From Promethearchaeota archaeon (GTDB taxonomy: Archaea; Asgardarchaeota; Lokiarchaeia; Sigyniarchaeales; SOKP01), in the NCBI GenBank assembly GCA_048941015.1, contig JBHLNZ010000006.1, forward strand, positions 18,431 to 82,430: a DNA stretch of 64,000 bases, given 5' to 3'. Every line of letters starts with the position of its first letter. Position 1 is the first letter of the stretch. The notes under the pieces were generated by a model. It was not told the origin of the DNA and did no database searches. It saw only the letters and a program-made list of their open reading frames with translations. This document shows positions 51,845-61,582 of the stretch, piece by piece. The translations under genes and the position numbers were made by a program.

Positions 51845-52306
51845 TTAAACAAAAAATTCAACAATTTCTTCTTTAAACGGTTCGAATTGAGTTATTTCTG
51901 AAAAATCTTTGTTATCATATCTTGTTACAAATAATTGTAAAATTGGTTCTACTTTATGTAAAAACTTTCTTACTATTTTATCAGGTTCTTTCTTCTTATT
52001 CTCTACTAATCCATATAAAATAACTGGTTCAATATCATCACAATCAGAAGTCCTAACTTCTGCAACTTTGAATATAAAAAGTATATTATTTGATTCTAAA
52101 TATTCTAAACATAAATTATTAAACGCATTTTTAGCAAAGGTATTAATTGCATCAATAAAAGCACCCCTTAAATCCTCATTTAACTGGGCATCACTACTAT
52201 CTGGGATCTCTTTGAAAATATGATTGACAAGTATAAAACCCCTGAATACAATACCAAACTCGTATAGTCCCTTCAAATCAAAATCAAATCTTAAAGTAAT
52301 AATCAA
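51845..52306 (-). CDS. Longin/roadblock-like small protein
   Basis: Beta-beta-alpha-beta pattern LYEFGIVFRGFILVN...DLRGAFIDAINTFAKNAF...YLESNNILFIF; start uncertain. Confidence 0.6.
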   Translation of the reverse strand: MIITLRFDFDLKGLYEFGIVFRGFILVNHIFKEIPDSSDAQLNEDLRGAFIDAINTFAKNAFNNLCLEYLESNNILFIFKVAEVRTSDCDDIEPVILYGLVENKKKEPDKIVRKFLHKVEPILQLFVTRYDNKDFSEITQFEPFKEEIVEFFV

Positions 52307-52380
52307 ATTAGAAATTATTCTTAAAAATGTAATAAAAATTTTCCTATTTATTTTTAGGTTAAAAATATCCTATTTTCATT

Positions 52381-53184
52381 TCAATACTTTTTTATTAACT
52401 TTATTGCTGTACTTGGACACTTTGAAACACAAATTCCACATCCAAAACATTTACTAGTATCGAAATATAATACATTATTTACTAATTTTCTCGCATTAAA
52501 ATAACACCATTCTTGACATGTACCACAATTTGTACATTTTTTTAAATTTGTATAAGCAATAAAGTCGCTTTTAATCATTTGAGGGGATCCACTCTTGAGA
52601 AATTTGTTTAGAACAACGCAACAACAAGGACAACAGTTACAGACAATATAGTAAAATTGAGGATTAGGATAATAGATAATTTGATGAACTAATCCCAATT
52701 CATCAAATCTTTCTAGATACTTTTTTACTTCTTGTTTTGAAATCTTTGTTAAGTTTTCTGATTTAAAGGGAATGTCATATAAGGATTTTCCAAAGCCAAA
52801 ATGAATACAACTTCTTATAGGATAGTCACAATTAGGTTTTTTTTGACTTTTACGTTGGGTCTCGCGACAATAACAATTTCCTATGCCTGTAACTTTAGAG
52901 CGGCTAAGAATATCTAATATTTCCTGTGTTGGCAAAAATCGAACTTCAGCAGAAATATTTTTATTTAAAGGAATTACCTTTCCTCCCCATCTTCCTCTAA
53001 ATAAGTACTTGTTTACGTAGTTTATTGTATTAATATTTAATTTTGTATCTAAAAATCTAAAAGTATCTAACATATATCCTTCGAAGAATCCGAATATAGA
53101 GGTTAAAATTTTTCCCAATACAGGAATTCTTTCTAAAAGCTTATCGAATTTTGATTGAAATTTCTTATAGTGTAACTTAGACAA
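52381..53184 (-). CDS. 4Fe-4S dicluster ferredoxin-domain protein
   Basis: CYCR, CNCCPCCC and two CxxCxxCxxxC motifs. Confidence 0.85.
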   Translation of the reverse strand: MSKLHYKKFQSKFDKLLERIPVLGKILTSIFGFFEGYMLDTFRFLDTKLNINTINYVNKYLFRGRWGGKVIPLNKNISAEVRFLPTQEILDILSRSKVTGIGNCYCRETQRKSQKKPNCDYPIRSCIHFGFGKSLYDIPFKSENLTKISKQEVKKYLERFDELGLVHQIIYYPNPQFYYIVCNCCPCCCVVLNKFLKSGSPQMIKSDFIAYTNLKKCTNCGTCQEWCYFNARKLVNNVLYFDTSKCFGCGICVSKCPSTAIKLIKKY

Positions 53185-53319
53185 TTTTGTTTAAAAAGAT
53201 AGGATTGAAATTAATTTAAAGAAGAATAAAAACAATTTAATAATTATTATTCGAAAAATTATTATCTATTATATCGCCTTCAGAATATATATTTAAAAAT
53301 TACATAATATCAATGAAAA

Positions 53320-53832
53320 ATGAATATAAATAAACAAAATATCTCGCGTAAAGCATTTGAACTTGGTCAGAAATATGAACGAGAGTGTACAGGATGTGCT
53401 CAAACCGTTATAGCTGCCATTTTTGATGCTCTTGGAATTTGGAATGATGATGTATTTAAATCTGCTAGTGGGTTAGCGGATGGATTGGGTTTAACAGGTG
53501 ATGGCGCTTGTGGGGCATTAGTAGGTGCATCAATGGTAATAGGATACTTATTTGGAAGAGAGAGAAATGATTTTAAAGATATGATGAAACCTATGAAATC
53601 TTATGCTTTAGTTAAGAAACTTCATGATATATATATAAAAGAGTATGGATCTTGTCGTTGTTACAATGTTCAAGAAAAATTATTAGGAAGAACTTATAAT
53701 CTTTGGGATGCTGATGAATTAAAAGAAGCATTTCATTCAGGAATGATGAATCATTGTTCTAAACTCGTTGGAAATGTTGCTAAACTCGCAACTGAAATAA
53801 TATTGGACCATGGATTTATACCTAATATATAG
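53320..53832 (+). CDS. C-GCAxxG-C-C family putative redox protein
   Basis: GCAQ, CGALVG, C..C pattern. Confidence 0.85.
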   Translation: MNINKQNISRKAFELGQKYERECTGCAQTVIAAIFDALGIWNDDVFKSASGLADGLGLTGDGACGALVGASMVIGYLFGRERNDFKDMMKPMKSYALVKKLHDIYIKEYGSCRCYNVQEKLLGRTYNLWDADELKEAFHSGMMNHCSKLVGNVAKLATEIILDHGFIPNI

Positions 53833-53847
53833 TAATAAGGGATTATA

Positions 53848-54366
53848 ATGCTCAATAAGAATATTATGTCTCGATTCGATGAGAAAATAAAAGAAATGGA
53901 AAAAAATCTCCCCAATCTTAAAAAAGGAGCCAATTGTGCAGAATTAACGTTAACTAATATTTTAGATGTACTGGAAATAGATTCCTATTTATTTCATAAT
54001 ATTGCTATGCCATTAGCAGGAGGATTTGGAGGTTATAAATCTAAGAAAGGCTGGCAAGGTGCTTGTGGTGCAGTAGCAGGAGGATGTGCTGCGATAGGAG
54101 CTATAATGGGTGGTCAAGAAAAAATGAATGTGGATAAAATGGCAATCGCATATTTAAAAGCTGCTAAATTTGCAACAGAATTTGAAAAAGAATTTGGAAC
54201 AGTTGTATGTTCCGAACTCTGTGGTTATGATTTCAGTGAACCAACCGGTTATATAGAATATTTAGAAAATAAAATTTGGGTAAAAAAGTGTTATAAATAT
54301 GTCGTATGGGCTGTTGATAAAGTAAGAAATTTAACCAAAAATGACCTTAAGAGGTATTGGGAATAA
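53848..54366 (+). CDS. C-GCAxxG-C-C family putative redox protein (tandem paralogue)
   Basis: NCAE, CGAVAGG, CSEL and KC motifs. Confidence 0.85.
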   Translation: MLNKNIMSRFDEKIKEMEKNLPNLKKGANCAELTLTNILDVLEIDSYLFHNIAMPLAGGFGGYKSKKGWQGACGAVAGGCAAIGAIMGGQEKMNVDKMAIAYLKAAKFATEFEKEFGTVVCSELCGYDFSEPTGYIEYLENKIWVKKCYKYVVWAVDKVRNLTKNDLKRYWE

Positions 54367-54523
54367 GGTTATTAGTCTTTAATCTAAGATTTACTCTTTC
54401 TTATATCAAAATAATAATAAATTTATATTGTAGAAATTAATAATTTTTTAAACAAATACTATTTTATTTAAATTATTCTTAAAATAATATTATTTTATAC
54501 ATAAATAAAAATTGGTTATTTTT

Positions 54524-54799
54524 ATGAGTCTTGAAGACGAATCACGATTTTGTCCTTACTGTGGTGTTAAATTACAGCATCCTTATTGGCAGCATGTGCA
54601 ATAATATTCTGAATTCCAGAATATTGGACAAAAAGAGCATCCCGATAAGTATGCGCAGAAGGAAACTTGGATAAAACTTTATCAAGATTATAGAAAATTA
54701 GGTATGGAACAAGATATTTCTCTCACTGTTATTTCAGAATTATTTAATGCTACTGAAGAAGAGATTAAATCTTTTCTTAAGAATGCCAACGTTCTGTAA
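54524..54799 (+). CDS. 81-aa C2H2 zinc-finger + helical (HTH-like) protein, join(54524..54601,54632..54799), interrupted by a putative BHB-type intron
   Basis: Spliced product MSLEDESRFCPYCGVKLQHPYWQHVQ^KEHPDKYAQKETWIKLYQDYRKLGMEQDISLTVISELFNATEEEIKSFLKNANVL. The unspliced frame has TAA at 54602. Confidence 0.7.
54602..54631 (+). other. Putative 30-nt archaeal bulge-helix-bulge/loop intron in an mRNA
   Basis: TAATATTCTGAATTCCAGAATATTGGACAA: 9-bp hairpin, central helix GTGC/GGAC, 3-nt bulges AA^T and AA^A. Confidence 0.62.
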
Positions 54800-54904
54800 T
54801 CTTAAATTATACTTATTTATTAAAGCCAAGAAAATAATATATTAAAAATAAATAGAAAAACAAATTTTTATAAAAAGAAATAACTCTTATTTACTTTAAT
54901 TAAA

Positions 54905-55198
54905 TTAGAATTCCTCTTCATCTTCTTCTAAAAGCCCTGCTTGTTTTAATAAATCCTCAACAGAATCTCGAGCTTTCATCACTTGTTCATTATCAGTTAA
55001 TTTAAGATTTTCTAAAACAGAATCAGAAAATTCCATGAATTTTTTAATTGAACTCATTGAAAAATCTTTTACTTTTTCTGATGTATCTTCGATAAATTCC
55101 TTTCCACTTTCACCAAAAGCATTTCCAACGAAATCAACGAAAGCACTATTTATTTTATCTAAAAGGTTTTCTTTCTTTTCTTCTCCTTCGTTATTCAT
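54905..55198 (-). CDS. Hypothetical acidic helical protein
   Basis: 97-aa ORF with AGGT ribosome-binding site; no family recognised. Confidence 0.65.
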   Translation of the reverse strand: MNNEGEEKKENLLDKINSAFVDFVGNAFGESGKEFIEDTSEKVKDFSMSSIKKFMEFSDSVLENLKLTDNEQVMKARDSVEDLLKQAGLLEEDEEEF

Positions 55199-55374
55199 TT
55201 TAGCTTACCTTTTTTATTTAATTTTTTTAAAATAAATATACATATTTTAAATAATTTTTTCAAACATTTGCTCGTATTTCTTATATTAATTTCATTGAAT
55301 TGAATTAGAAAAGCAGAATAATAGAAAAAATATTTAAATATAAAAAAAGAGCAAAATTAAGGTAAAACCGCCTT

Positions 55375-55941
55375 TTAATTTTTCATTAATTCAGCAAAAT
55401 TGTTAGCAAAATTTCTAATTTGTTCCCAATCTCGATAATCGTATAATTCACCTTCAGGATTCTCAATTCCTTCCTCCTCCTTCATAATGCTGATTACTAT
55501 CTTTCTTGTTATTCCAGTAATAGGGGATCCTTCAGTTAAATCATAAGCTCCTCCAAATGCATCAATCAAAACAGGTTCGATTCCAAATTTCTGAAGTTTT
55601 AACGTAATATAATTATCAATAGCCTTATTGATATTACTTTTTTTCGCAGCTTCTCCACAACACACATAGAATCCCAGTGTATTTTGCCTTTTCTTTAATT
55701 CCGATTTTCTTTTTTGAACAAATTGCTTAACTACTTTTGTCCACCTTTTTATTTTAATTCCCGTGCCTATTATTATTCCATCATATTCATCTAAGTGGGG
55801 AATTTGTTTTAGATTATGCTCTTTTAAATTAAAACTTTCAGTTATCATTCCTTTTTCTTGGATTATTCTTTCAATTTCGTCCGATATTCCTTTGGTAGTG
55901 CCAAATCTTGTTCCATATAAGATTAGAACTTTACTCATCAC
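55375..55941 (-). CDS. Flavodoxin-domain protein (HemG-like)
   Basis: ILYGTRFGTT, YDGIIIGT and DYRDWEQIRNFA motifs. Confidence 0.85.
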   Translation of the reverse strand: MMSKVLILYGTRFGTTKGISDEIERIIQEKGMITESFNLKEHNLKQIPHLDEYDGIIIGTGIKIKRWTKVVKQFVQKRKSELKKRQNTLGFYVCCGEAAKKSNINKAIDNYITLKLQKFGIEPVLIDAFGGAYDLTEGSPITGITRKIVISIMKEEEGIENPEGELYDYRDWEQIRNFANNFAELMKN

Positions 55942-56115
55942 TTTTCATCTTATTATTGCAATTTTATTTCAAGAATTTTTTGTCGTATTTAAACTAAATT
56001 AAGTCCATTTTTTATGATTTAAAAAAAGTATCGATGCTAATAATTAACAATAAACTTTAGAACAATATTAGAAGTTTTAAAATGATGCTTTATTTTAAAA
56101 ATTAAGTGAGAATAT

Positions 56116-57624
56116 ATGAGTGAGAGTCATTTTTTGCATGGATTTTTAAATCCAAAAAGCGTTGCTTTTTATGGTGCTAATAATAAAGGAGGTTCATTAG
56201 CAGCAATACAAATCATGAATCTCATAAAATCTAACTATGATGGTAAGATTTATCCGATACATCTTAATTTGGATTCAGTTATGGGTTTTAAAGCATATAA
56301 ATCTATTCAGGATATACCTGAAGTTCCAGATCTTGTCATTATTGTCTTACCAGCAGAAATAGTACCTAATATTTTTAGAGAATGCGGAGAAAAAGGTGTT
56401 AAGAGAATAATTTTAATATCTGGAGGTTTTCGTGAATTAATCGGTGATCGGGAAAATACAATAACCGAAGAAATTCTCAAAATCGCAAAAAGATATGGAA
56501 TTAGATTTATTGGACCGAATTGTTTAGGGGTTTTTAATAATTGGTATGGAAACAAAGAACAAAATAAAGCATTCAATATGGCAATATGGGAAATCCTAAA
56601 GAAAGGCAATTTTTCAATAGCGTCTCAAAGTGGAACATTATCAAGCCATATATGGTTTGATCCCGAAAATGTTGATTTTGGTTTAAGTAAATCTCTATCA
56701 GTTGGTAATGAAGCAGATATTGATATCGTAGATTGTTTAGAATATTATAAAGATGATAAACAAACGAGTATTATAGGATTATATATTGAAGAACTAAAGA
56801 GAGGCAAGAAATTTCTAAATTTAGCTAAAGAAATTACACCTAAAAAACCCATAATAGCGATCTATGTGGGTGGATCAGAAGCAGGAAATCGAGCATTAAA
56901 AAGCCATACAGGTGCTTTAGCAGGAGATGCAAAAATATATGACGCTGTTTTTAAAGAAACGGGGATAATAAGAACCGATTATGTCCAAGAATTTTTGGAT
57001 ATAGCATTGATATTGTCCAAAGGAATCCTACCTAAGGGAAAGAGACTTGGAATAATAACTAATTCTGGAGGTCCAGGAGCGATGATTGCTAACAATGCTG
57101 AAAAACATGGATTACTAATCCCTGAATTTTCAAATTCACTTCAAAAAACCCTAAAGGACAATTTGCCAAGTACAGCAAGTTTTAAAAACCCAGTAGATTG
57201 CACATTTGATATGGACTTACCTTACTTTTATATAACACTACCAGAAATCTTAATGAAATCTGGTGAAGTTGATGCTATTATTCAATATGGCGTTGTAGGC
57301 TTTCAAGATGTTATGGATGATTATCTTAAATATGATAAGATTGCAAAACATGCGGAATTTCAATCTCAACCAGATGCTGTAATGGATAAAATAGCGAAGC
57401 AACTGATAACACCTCCATTAGAAAATGCAAAAAAATATTCTATTCCAATGTTATATGTAAGTCCAATGCCATTTAATAGTCCCTGGTCTAAAAGATTGAG
57501 ACAAAATGGAGCGATACTTTTTAAACTATGGGATCGTCCTGTAAACGCCATAGCTAAAATTATTAACTATGTTGAAATATGTAAGAATAGAGGATTAGAT
57601 CCTTCTTCAATTTTAACTAACTAA
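56116..57624 (+). CDS. ADP-forming acyl-CoA synthetase alpha subunit (CoA-binding)
   Basis: NPKSVA, IGPNCLG, SQSG, SHTGALAG, TNSGGPG and NPVD motifs. Confidence 0.9.
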   Translation: MSESHFLHGFLNPKSVAFYGANNKGGSLAAIQIMNLIKSNYDGKIYPIHLNLDSVMGFKAYKSIQDIPEVPDLVIIVLPAEIVPNIFRECGEKGVKRIILISGGFRELIGDRENTITEEILKIAKRYGIRFIGPNCLGVFNNWYGNKEQNKAFNMAIWEILKKGNFSIASQSGTLSSHIWFDPENVDFGLSKSLSVGNEADIDIVDCLEYYKDDKQTSIIGLYIEELKRGKKFLNLAKEITPKKPIIAIYVGGSEAGNRALKSHTGALAGDAKIYDAVFKETGIIRTDYVQEFLDIALILSKGILPKGKRLGIITNSGGPGAMIANNAEKHGLLIPEFSNSLQKTLKDNLPSTASFKNPVDCTFDMDLPYFYITLPEILMKSGEVDAIIQYGVVGFQDVMDDYLKYDKIAKHAEFQSQPDAVMDKIAKQLITPPLENAKKYSIPMLYVSPMPFNSPWSKRLRQNGAILFKLWDRPVNAIAKIINYVEICKNRGLDPSSILTN

Positions 57625-57686
57625 ATAATTGAAAAGATAATTTAAAGAAAAACAAATAAAGAACTTAACATAATAAAATTATAATC

Positions 57687-58973
57687 ATGCTAAAAGAAAA
57701 AGCTAGAAATTTTAAAATCATTTTTAATAAGTTCTGGACTAAAAAGATCTTTAAATTTGCTTTTTTCATCCATTTTTTCTATTTTATATTTGGCCTCATT
57801 TTAACTTTGATTTTTTTTAGGGAATTTAATGATTTTTTAGTTTATCATAATGTAGGAAGAATATTCCTTGAAGATATAAAGAATTTATATGATCCTTCAA
57901 ATTATTTATGGCCATATAGATATTTTCCTCTAAGTGCACTATTATTTGTTCCTTTTTCTTTAATGCCTTTTGAACTCGCTTTTATTATGTTTAATGTATT
58001 AAATTTGGTAATAAATTTCTTTAACTGCTTGTTTATCTATAAGATTATCGGAATAATTACCCAAAACGAGAATGTTATTAAAAAAAGAATTTTCTATTTG
58101 AGTCTCTATTTAATAGCATTACCACATGCTTTTAATTATACAATGGGACAAACTAATCCCTTAGTTTCCTTATTCCTTTTAAGTGCTCTCTACTTCTTTC
58201 TAAAAAGTAATGAATTCAAGTGGAATTTATTAGGAGGTTTATTAGTTGGATTGAGCTTGAATATTAAACCAATTACGATCTTTGTAATTCCCTTTTTAAT
58301 TACTTTTAGTATTACATCAAAAAGTAAAATTAATAAAAAAGAATTAAAACATACTTTTTCAAGATTATTGGGAGCTTTTATTATGATTTTATTAAATGCA
58401 CCACTACTCTTAGCAATTCCAGAGTTGTTAAACGGTTTCTTAGAGATTAATTTTGTTGGAACAGAGACCTTAATAGTTAATAATTCATTTAGTATCACGA
58501 AATTGATAATAAATAGTTTATCTATGCTTAATATTGAAACTAATCTCTTACTAGATCTTCAAATTCTTATACTTATTATTATTTTAGTTTTAATCGGAGG
58601 AACTGGGTTTTTAATTTTTATGATTCGCAAAAAAGAGAAGAATTCTATACTGTATGGCTTCATTCTTGGAATTGTTATTATGCTATTAGTATACTTTGAC
58701 TCTTGGGATCTTCATTTAGTAATTTTAATTCCTCTTATTATCATTTCAATAATTTATATAGAAGATTTACCAAATGAGAATAATCAATACACTTTTATAC
58801 AAAATATTTCTAAAAAGAGTTTATATTTTTTTATTTTTATTGATCTTCCGATTTTTGGTTTAATTTATATACTTAAAGAAGTATTTCCTTATAATTTCAT
58901 CCCAACAATATTTTTGCTCTTGTTATTCGGAAGTGTAGGAAAATTTCTCTTAACAAAAGAAACACACTTATAG
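57687..58973 (+). CDS. GT-C membrane glycosyltransferase (GT87/DUF2029-like)
   Basis: DFLVY, YRYFPL, GQTN and IKP motifs; multiple transmembrane segments. Confidence 0.8.
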   Translation: MLKEKARNFKIIFNKFWTKKIFKFAFFIHFFYFIFGLILTLIFFREFNDFLVYHNVGRIFLEDIKNLYDPSNYLWPYRYFPLSALLFVPFSLMPFELAFIMFNVLNLVINFFNCLFIYKIIGIITQNENVIKKRIFYLSLYLIALPHAFNYTMGQTNPLVSLFLLSALYFFLKSNEFKWNLLGGLLVGLSLNIKPITIFVIPFLITFSITSKSKINKKELKHTFSRLLGAFIMILLNAPLLLAIPELLNGFLEINFVGTETLIVNNSFSITKLIINSLSMLNIETNLLLDLQILILIIILVLIGGTGFLIFMIRKKEKNSILYGFILGIVIMLLVYFDSWDLHLVILIPLIIISIIYIEDLPNENNQYTFIQNISKKSLYFFIFIDLPIFGLIYILKEVFPYNFIPTIFLLLLFGSVGKFLLTKETHL

Positions 58974-59049
58974 GAACATTAAAGTTATTTATTGAATACC
59001 TACTATCAGAAACTTATTTATAAATAATTTCGAAAGAGATGAATTTTTT

Positions 59050-59901
59050 ATGGAAGAAGTATATATTGGAAAAAGAAATGCTTTCATCTTTCTATTATTA
59101 ATTATAAGTGTTCAAATCATAGGGATAATTTTAAGTATTATTAATAATCACTTTGGTTCGGATTTTTCAATTTATTATACAAATACCAGAAATTTTTGGT
59201 TAAATCAGGAATCTTACCAAATGGGTGACTTTTTTTACTTAAATTATTTTTACTTTTTATACGTTTGGATGTTGCTATTACCTCAAATTATAGGATTGTT
59301 TTTGCATATTTTTCTTACAGATTTAATGTTTTATTACATAATAAAAAACATTAAAAGTAATTACGAGGTGTATTGGTTCTATGCAAACTTATTCTTAATA
59401 ATAATTTATTCAATTACATTTAATACGGATATTTGGATTGTATTTTCATTTTTGCTGTTTTTAAAATATAGGAGTCAATGGTATTCACCACTTTTTTTAC
59501 TACTAGGATTTTTCAAGATAACACCGATATTACCATTTGGAATAACGCTTTTGATTATTTTATTTTTTGAGAGAGAAACATTTATTAAAATATTGCCAAG
59601 TTTATGTCTTATTTCTCTTATTATTATAATTTCATTTCTAACTAGTTCTGGATTAATAAGTAGTGTTTCAGATTTTGGGGAAAATTTAATAGGAAACATG
59701 GGAATCATTGTATTTTTCCAACCTCCTCATTTCTGTTGGTGGTCTTTTCCTATAATGGTGTATACACAATTTAAAGGTATTAGTATTAAGTTCTCTAAAA
59801 AAATTTGGATTGTTTATACATTTATCACCCTTTGCTATGGCTTTTACATATTCATCATGAGTTCTTCTGTTCTCTCTAATTATTTGTTTGGTAGTTCTTG
59901 A
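59050..59901 (+). CDS. Polytopic membrane protein, GT-C/GT87-like
   Basis: DFSIYY, FFYLNYF, NTD and FK motifs parallel the upstream GT87. Confidence 0.6.
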   Translation: MEEVYIGKRNAFIFLLLIISVQIIGIILSIINNHFGSDFSIYYTNTRNFWLNQESYQMGDFFYLNYFYFLYVWMLLLPQIIGLFLHIFLTDLMFYYIIKNIKSNYEVYWFYANLFLIIIYSITFNTDIWIVFSFLLFLKYRSQWYSPLFLLLGFFKITPILPFGITLLIILFFERETFIKILPSLCLISLIIIISFLTSSGLISSVSDFGENLIGNMGIIVFFQPPHFCWWSFPIMVYTQFKGISIKFSKKIWIVYTFITLCYGFYIFIMSSSVLSNYLFGSS

Positions 59902-60006
59902 GAAGGAGTATTATAAAACTACTAAAAATCTTATAACAAAAATACTTATTTTATAATTACTGTTTACATTATCATATTAAACCAAAAATAATTTTCTCGA
60001 TTAACG

Positions 60007-60621
60007 ATGAATATCTTATCATTAGATATTTTAGCTTGTCCTATTGATAAAAATTTTCCATTTAAATTGTATATTTTCTCTTTTAGTACAAATCCAGAAG
60101 AAATAAAGAATTTTTTATCTCTATACCTAAACAAAAGAATTAAATTCATTAATAATAAAAAAATAATCAATTTCTATAAGAGAAATGGAAATCAATATGT
60201 AAAAGATATTATTATAAATAAACAGAGTTTACTTGAAGAATATTTAAAGGATATCTTATCTAAAATTGATCTTTTAGAATATGTAATTAACAAAGCGGAA
60301 AATGCTATTATTAATGATTGCATGGAAATAATAACATCAGAAGTAAAGAATCACATTGATGCCTTTTCTCTTAGTTTAAAAGATAATAAAATTGAAGAAT
60401 TATTACCTGATTTATTTCTAGTTAATACAATTCTCTCAGATTTAAAAATTGAGGCAGGAATTTTATTTTGCCAAAAGTGTAATCGTTGGTTTCCAATTTA
60501 TGAGGCGATTCCTCATCTTCTTCCAGATACACAAAGAGATATGAAAGAAGAAGCTAATAGATTTAGGAATTATGCGGATTTATTCAATCAGTTTTTAGAA
60601 GAAAATAACATTCTTATTTAA
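60007..60621 (+). CDS. Trm112-like methyltransferase activator with long internal insertion
   Basis: LDILACPIDK at the N-terminus and GILFCQKCNRWFPIYEAIPHLLP near the C-terminus. Confidence 0.8.
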   Translation: MNILSLDILACPIDKNFPFKLYIFSFSTNPEEIKNFLSLYLNKRIKFINNKKIINFYKRNGNQYVKDIIINKQSLLEEYLKDILSKIDLLEYVINKAENAIINDCMEIITSEVKNHIDAFSLSLKDNKIEELLPDLFLVNTILSDLKIEAGILFCQKCNRWFPIYEAIPHLLPDTQRDMKEEANRFRNYADLFNQFLEENNILI

Positions 60622-61375
60622 TTTTTTTACTTATTATGGTTATTGACCCTGCTTTTCTTAATAAGTCTAAATCTATTTCCGTTTTGATATTTTTTATTTT
60701 TTCTTTCACACCATTATAGTATCGATTAAAGAAATAAGTTTCTACAGCTCTTATAATTTTAGGGTTAACTTTTTCTATTAAATTGAAATATTTTAAAAAA
60801 AACCGTGAAATTCTATCTAAGAATTTAGGACTTAGAGGAATCTGTGAAAATGTATAATACTGTATCATTTTCAAATTATTTTCCCTTAGTAATTTAAATA
60901 CATCTCTTATATCGTATTTTCTATAATGTCCAAAGAATTCGTCATAATAATTAAAAAATTCAGGTCTTAAAGGAACAGATATAACAAATAATCCTCCGAC
61001 TTCTAATAGTGAAACAATCTGTTGAATCGCCTTAATATCATTCTCAATATGTTCCAAAACATCAAAACAAAAAACACAATCAAATACTAAATCTTTAAAA
61101 GGGAGAGCTGTTAAATCAGCAACAATACATTTATCTGAAAACTCTGTTAAAGATTTTAATGAAACTTCTGAAATATCGATGAAATAACCTGTTTTTAAAT
61201 CTATTTTCGGATAAGATCCGCATCCAATTTCTAAAAACTTTGAGCAATTGAAATTCTTTTTAATATAATCATAAAGTGAAGTCTCATTTTTCACTTCAAT
61301 ATGTGCCCAGAATAAATTATAAATATCCTTGTTATATTTCTGAATAAGATCGTCTTTTTCTTCAATCATTTTCAT
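60614..61375 (-). CDS. Class I SAM-dependent methyltransferase
   Basis: LEIGCG, ADLTALPF, DVLEHIEND, GGLFVISVP and GHYRKY motifs. Confidence 0.88.
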   Translation of the reverse strand: MKMIEEKDDLIQKYNKDIYNLFWAHIEVKNETSLYDYIKKNFNCSKFLEIGCGSYPKIDLKTGYFIDISEVSLKSLTEFSDKCIVADLTALPFKDLVFDCVFCFDVLEHIENDIKAIQQIVSLLEVGGLFVISVPLRPEFFNYYDEFFGHYRKYDIRDVFKLLRENNLKMIQYYTFSQIPLSPKFLDRISRFFLKYFNLIEKVNPKIIRAVETYFFNRYYNGVKEKIKNIKTEIDLDLLRKAGSITIISKKIK

Positions 61376-61582
61376 TATTAAAATGCTATTAGTAGCTTAT
61401 TATATTTAGAAAATTCTATGTCTATAAATGTAAATAGTTAGATTAAATTAACGGAAAATAAACATTAAATGCTAAATATATGAATATAAAATTTAAAAAG
61501 ATAAAATTAAAATATTTAATTTTAAAACTAATCCGAAATTAACACAATAAATATGCAATTTTATTAAAAAGAGGCGTTATTT

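Noticed and set aside
54602-54604. Stop-codon readthrough or recoding as the explanation for the interrupted zinc-finger gene
   Set aside because: The stop is TAA, not TGA or TAG, and readthrough would leave 10 extra residues between the two zinc-ligand histidines.
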